DNA of 64,000 nt, taken from the NCBI GenBank assembly GCA_039028615.1, contig JBCCHT010000004.1, positions 64,001 through 128,000 of the forward strand, given 5' to 3'. This DNA comes from Myxococcota bacterium. GTDB lineage: Bacteria; Myxococcota_A; Polyangia; Nannocystales; Nannocystaceae. Shown here one piece after another: positions 61,394-64,000 of this stretch; position 1 is the stretch's first letter; each line of letters starts with the position of its first letter. The notes beneath the pieces were generated by a model. The model did not search any database, was not told the origin of the DNA, and saw nothing but the letters and a program-made list of their open reading frames with translations. A program made the position numbers and the translations under genes.

Positions 61394-63700
61394 TTAGAGT
61401 TCGTCGAGCACGGTCGCGGCGGGGATGGGCAGCAGGCTGCGGTCCCACCGGGTCCAGCGGCCTTCTTCCATGTCGCCCGATTCCAGGATCGCGGTGAGCT
61501 TGTACTCGAACGAGGCGGCTTGGTCCTCGCGCACGATCATCGAGTGGGTGAAGCGGGTCTCGCCCCCGGGCTCGAGCAGTTGGCTGTGGGTCTCCTGGAT
61601 CACGCCGTCGGGCGGGTCGCAGCGCAGGTCGACCTGCAGGCCGAGCAGGCCGGCGGAGGCCAGGTTGCCCAGCACGATGACCCGAACATCGAAGCGCCGC
61701 CCCGCGGGCAAGACCGCGATGAGCTCCTCGTCGGTGGTGACGCGAGGACGATTGACCGCCTCGCCGCCCGCCGCGGGCACCAAGCTGATCGCATAGGAGT
61801 ACTCGCGCCGCTCGGGATCGATGATGGGGATGTCGACGGTCTGCGTGGCGAACTGCGGCCCGATGATCTCAACCGCCTTGCGCACGACCAGGTCGTTGTC
61901 CTCGTCGTCGTACTCGAGGTGCACGAGCACCCGCTGCACCTGGGTCGGGTCGACCTGCGGCACGATGGTCACCGCGAGGCGATGCGGGAACGGGTCGCCG
62001 ACGTACAGGTGCCGGTTTTCGCTGGTGGTGGGCTCGCCGTCCACCTCGCTGCCGTTTTTCAGGTGCCAGCGGTTCTTCACGGTGTAGGCCCGCGGCGCCT
62101 CGGGGGGCAGCCGCACCAGCCACCGCTCCCGCTCGCTGTCCTCACGGATCACCATGGTCCGCTCGTCCTTGAAGTCGGAGGCCTCGTGCTCGTAGGTCAG
62201 GGTCGTCTCGATCTGATCGACGGTCGCCCAGTCCACCACCCCGGGCTCGACCCACACCGAGAGCATCTCGACGTCGGAGGCGGGGTGCACCACCTGCGCC
62301 CGGCTGGTGGAGACCCGCCACGGCGTCTTTTGGTGGTTGTCGAGCGACGCGACCTCCTCGGAGCCCCCGAAGAAGTACTCGAGCTGATAGCGGTAGGAAA
62401 AATCGTCGTCGTCGCGGAAGGCCTGGAAGGTCTTGGGCTCGGCGTCCGTGGCCGAGAAGGTGGCCGTCCACGACTCGCGGGGGTCGTCTTCGGTGCCGCC
62501 GTACTGGATGTGCAGCAGCGCCGTCTCGAGGTCGAGCCCCTCGAAGTCGGCGGCCGTCTGCGCCTGCACGGTCATCGTCTTGAAGAACTGGTCGTCGAGG
62601 TTGATCTCGCGGATGTGCTTGGCCTTCTCGCTGCCCGTGAGCAGGGCCGAGAAGAAGCCGTTGGGCGCGTGGGTCCGCGTCTCCGGGGCGGCCACGTCGT
62701 AGTCGTAGGTGACCGTCTTGAGCTCCTCCTCGTGCTTGTACGCGAGCTCGAGCCCGACTTTGACCTTGCCGCCGCTGCTCTGGCCCTCGTTCATCCTCTC
62801 GCTCGAGGCCACCATGTCGCCGACTTGATCCATGGCGTCCTCGAGCGAGGGCACCTGCTGCTGGCTCATGCGCGGCTTGAACAGCTCCTTGAGCAGCGTC
62901 TCCTTGAGCAGCGTCATGGCCTGCCGCTCCATCTCGTTGACGTCGGAGCCCTCTTGCTGGCGAATGATCTCGACCTCGATCGCCCCTTGCTCCTTGAGCC
63001 AGGACAGCGTGGCCCCGATGTCGACCCCGACCTCCACCCCGTCGGCCTCGACCCCCACGTTGAGCTTGGCCTCGAAGCCGTCGTAGACCCGCTTGAGGTC
63101 CGCCCTGACCTTGACCGACAACGCCGGCCGCAGGCCGCTGAACTCGAGCTCGTACATGACCCCGATGGGCGACAGCTCGGACTCGTAGGCCTCCTCGAGC
63201 AGCGTGGCCGCCCCGGGCGTGAGCGCCAGCGAGAAGATCGCCCGCTGGTCCTGCATGAGCGACGGAGTGGCCGTGCCCAGCACCTTGCGAATGAAGCGAC
63301 TGCCCTCGGGGGTCGACTCGGCGCCCGACTGAGCATCGAGCGCCAGCACCTTGACCGTGCCCTCGGTGTACAAGACGGGCACCAGGCTGATGGGCCCCGA
63401 ACCGGGAGGCATGCGCGACTGGAGCTCCCGCTTGATCTTCTGCTTGGTGTCGTCGGCGATCCCGCAGTCGACCCCGAAGAGCAAAAAGCCGCCGCCGAGC
63501 TGGTCACGCTCGACGGCGCTCATCGAGCTGGAGCTGTCGAGGGCGTGCCGGTACTTGAGCAGCAGTAGGTGGGGCTTGCCGTCTTCGTCGCGGGTCAGCC
63601 GCGGCGGCCCGGCCAGGTAGTGGAAAAGCGTGGGAACGGCGTGATCGCGGAAGATCACGACGTTTTCGATCTCGTAGAAGGGCGTCTCGAAGGTCAGCAT
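61394..63700 (-). CDS. Uncharacterised paralog-family protein I (768 aa)
   Basis: IFRDHAVPTLFHYLAGPPRL, GGGFLLF, PIGVMYELEFSGLRPA, DQFF. Confidence 0.9.
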   Translation of the reverse strand: MLTFETPFYEIENVVIFRDHAVPTLFHYLAGPPRLTRDEDGKPHLLLLKYRHALDSSSSMSAVERDQLGGGFLLFGVDCGIADDTKQKIKRELQSRMPPGSGPISLVPVLYTEGTVKVLALDAQSGAESTPEGSRFIRKVLGTATPSLMQDQRAIFSLALTPGAATLLEEAYESELSPIGVMYELEFSGLRPALSVKVRADLKRVYDGFEAKLNVGVEADGVEVGVDIGATLSWLKEQGAIEVEIIRQQEGSDVNEMERQAMTLLKETLLKELFKPRMSQQQVPSLEDAMDQVGDMVASSERMNEGQSSGGKVKVGLELAYKHEEELKTVTYDYDVAAPETRTHAPNGFFSALLTGSEKAKHIREINLDDQFFKTMTVQAQTAADFEGLDLETALLHIQYGGTEDDPRESWTATFSATDAEPKTFQAFRDDDDFSYRYQLEYFFGGSEEVASLDNHQKTPWRVSTSRAQVVHPASDVEMLSVWVEPGVVDWATVDQIETTLTYEHEASDFKDERTMVIREDSERERWLVRLPPEAPRAYTVKNRWHLKNGSEVDGEPTTSENRHLYVGDPFPHRLAVTIVPQVDPTQVQRVLVHLEYDDEDNDLVVRKAVEIIGPQFATQTVDIPIIDPERREYSYAISLVPAAGGEAVNRPRVTTDEELIAVLPAGRRFDVRVIVLGNLASAGLLGLQVDLRCDPPDGVIQETHSQLLEPGGETRFTHSMIVREDQAASFEYKLTAILESGDMEEGRWTRWDRSLLPIPAATVLDEL

Positions 63701-63709
63701 GGCGGTGAC

Positions 63710-64000
63710 TCAGTCGGTGGGGGGCGACAAGACGAGCACTTGGGAGCGGGCCTGCACCCAGTCTCCTCGAAGAACTCCTACGTCGGAGGTGATGAAAATC
63801 TGCCGATACGAATACGCGGGGTCGTCGGCGGTGGCGCTGCGGAAGGTCCAGGTGCTCTCGGGGGCGCCGGGGCGGAAGCTCAGCAGCTTGCTCCCCGCGT
63901 CCGGCCCGGCCGGCTTGAGCTCGACCTGCGCCATTCGCAGGTTGTCCATCGCGTCGAGCCGGAACGGGACCACGGTGACCGCCGCCATATAGGGATCGCG
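63710..64000 (-). CDS. 3' end of a further cluster gene (J), truncated by the window edge
   Basis: Frame open to the window end; DPY..VTVVP..VELK..W..YSYRQIF..G..W..VLVL matches the family's terminal repeat. Confidence 0.75.
   Translation of the reverse strand, partial: RDPYMAAVTVVPFRLDAMDNLRMAQVELKPAGPDAGSKLLSFRPGAPESTWTFRSATADDPAYSYRQIFITSDVGVLRGDWVQARSQVLVLSPPTD

Noticed and set aside
41726..64000. Cluster as T6SS, eCIS/phage tail, microcompartment or a known defence system
   Set aside because: No sheath, tube, VgrG/PAAR, baseplate, BMC, nuclease or NTPase motifs were recognised; a remote structural relationship remains untested.

Overview
GC-rich bacterial DNA whose gene content (several eukaryotic-type Ser/Thr kinases, a GAF sigma-54 activator, Cys-rich lipoproteins with D/T/G-rich linkers) suggests a myxobacterium, probably Nannocystaceae-like; this is inference. 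I found no rRNA, tRNA, CRISPR array, transposase or integrase. Two systems stand out. (1) 33.7-64 kb: at least eight full paralogs of one uncharacterised ~710-800 aa family, plus a divergent 934 aa relative and a tenth gene cut by the window edge. Each has a conserved N-terminal alpha/beta core followed by 3-4 predicted beta-sandwich repeats, with no obvious signal peptide or TM helix. They lie in two convergent operons and two outlying copies, with a Ser/Thr kinase-RCC1 gene at the junction. This looks like a multi-subunit assembly (a pore or lattice is my hypothesis) that I cannot assign to a named system. (2) 2.7-21.3 kb: an isoprenoid-type cluster with a polyprenyl synthase, a CrtC/AttH-like protein, an SCP2 protein, two paralogous ~900 aa flavoproteins with large inserts, two FAD monooxygenases and an epoxide-hydrolase-like enzyme, but no recognisable phytoene synthase or terpene cyclase. 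Smaller observations: a TetR operator with a coupled upstream ORF, a sigma-54 promoter with an enhancer-like palindrome, a 33-bp-period intergenic repeat, a GH12 lacking its usual nucleophile, and a 13-aa tandem-repeat membrane protein. Product calls come from motifs read by eye; no searches were run. Several start codons were moved from the ORF track and remain uncertain.
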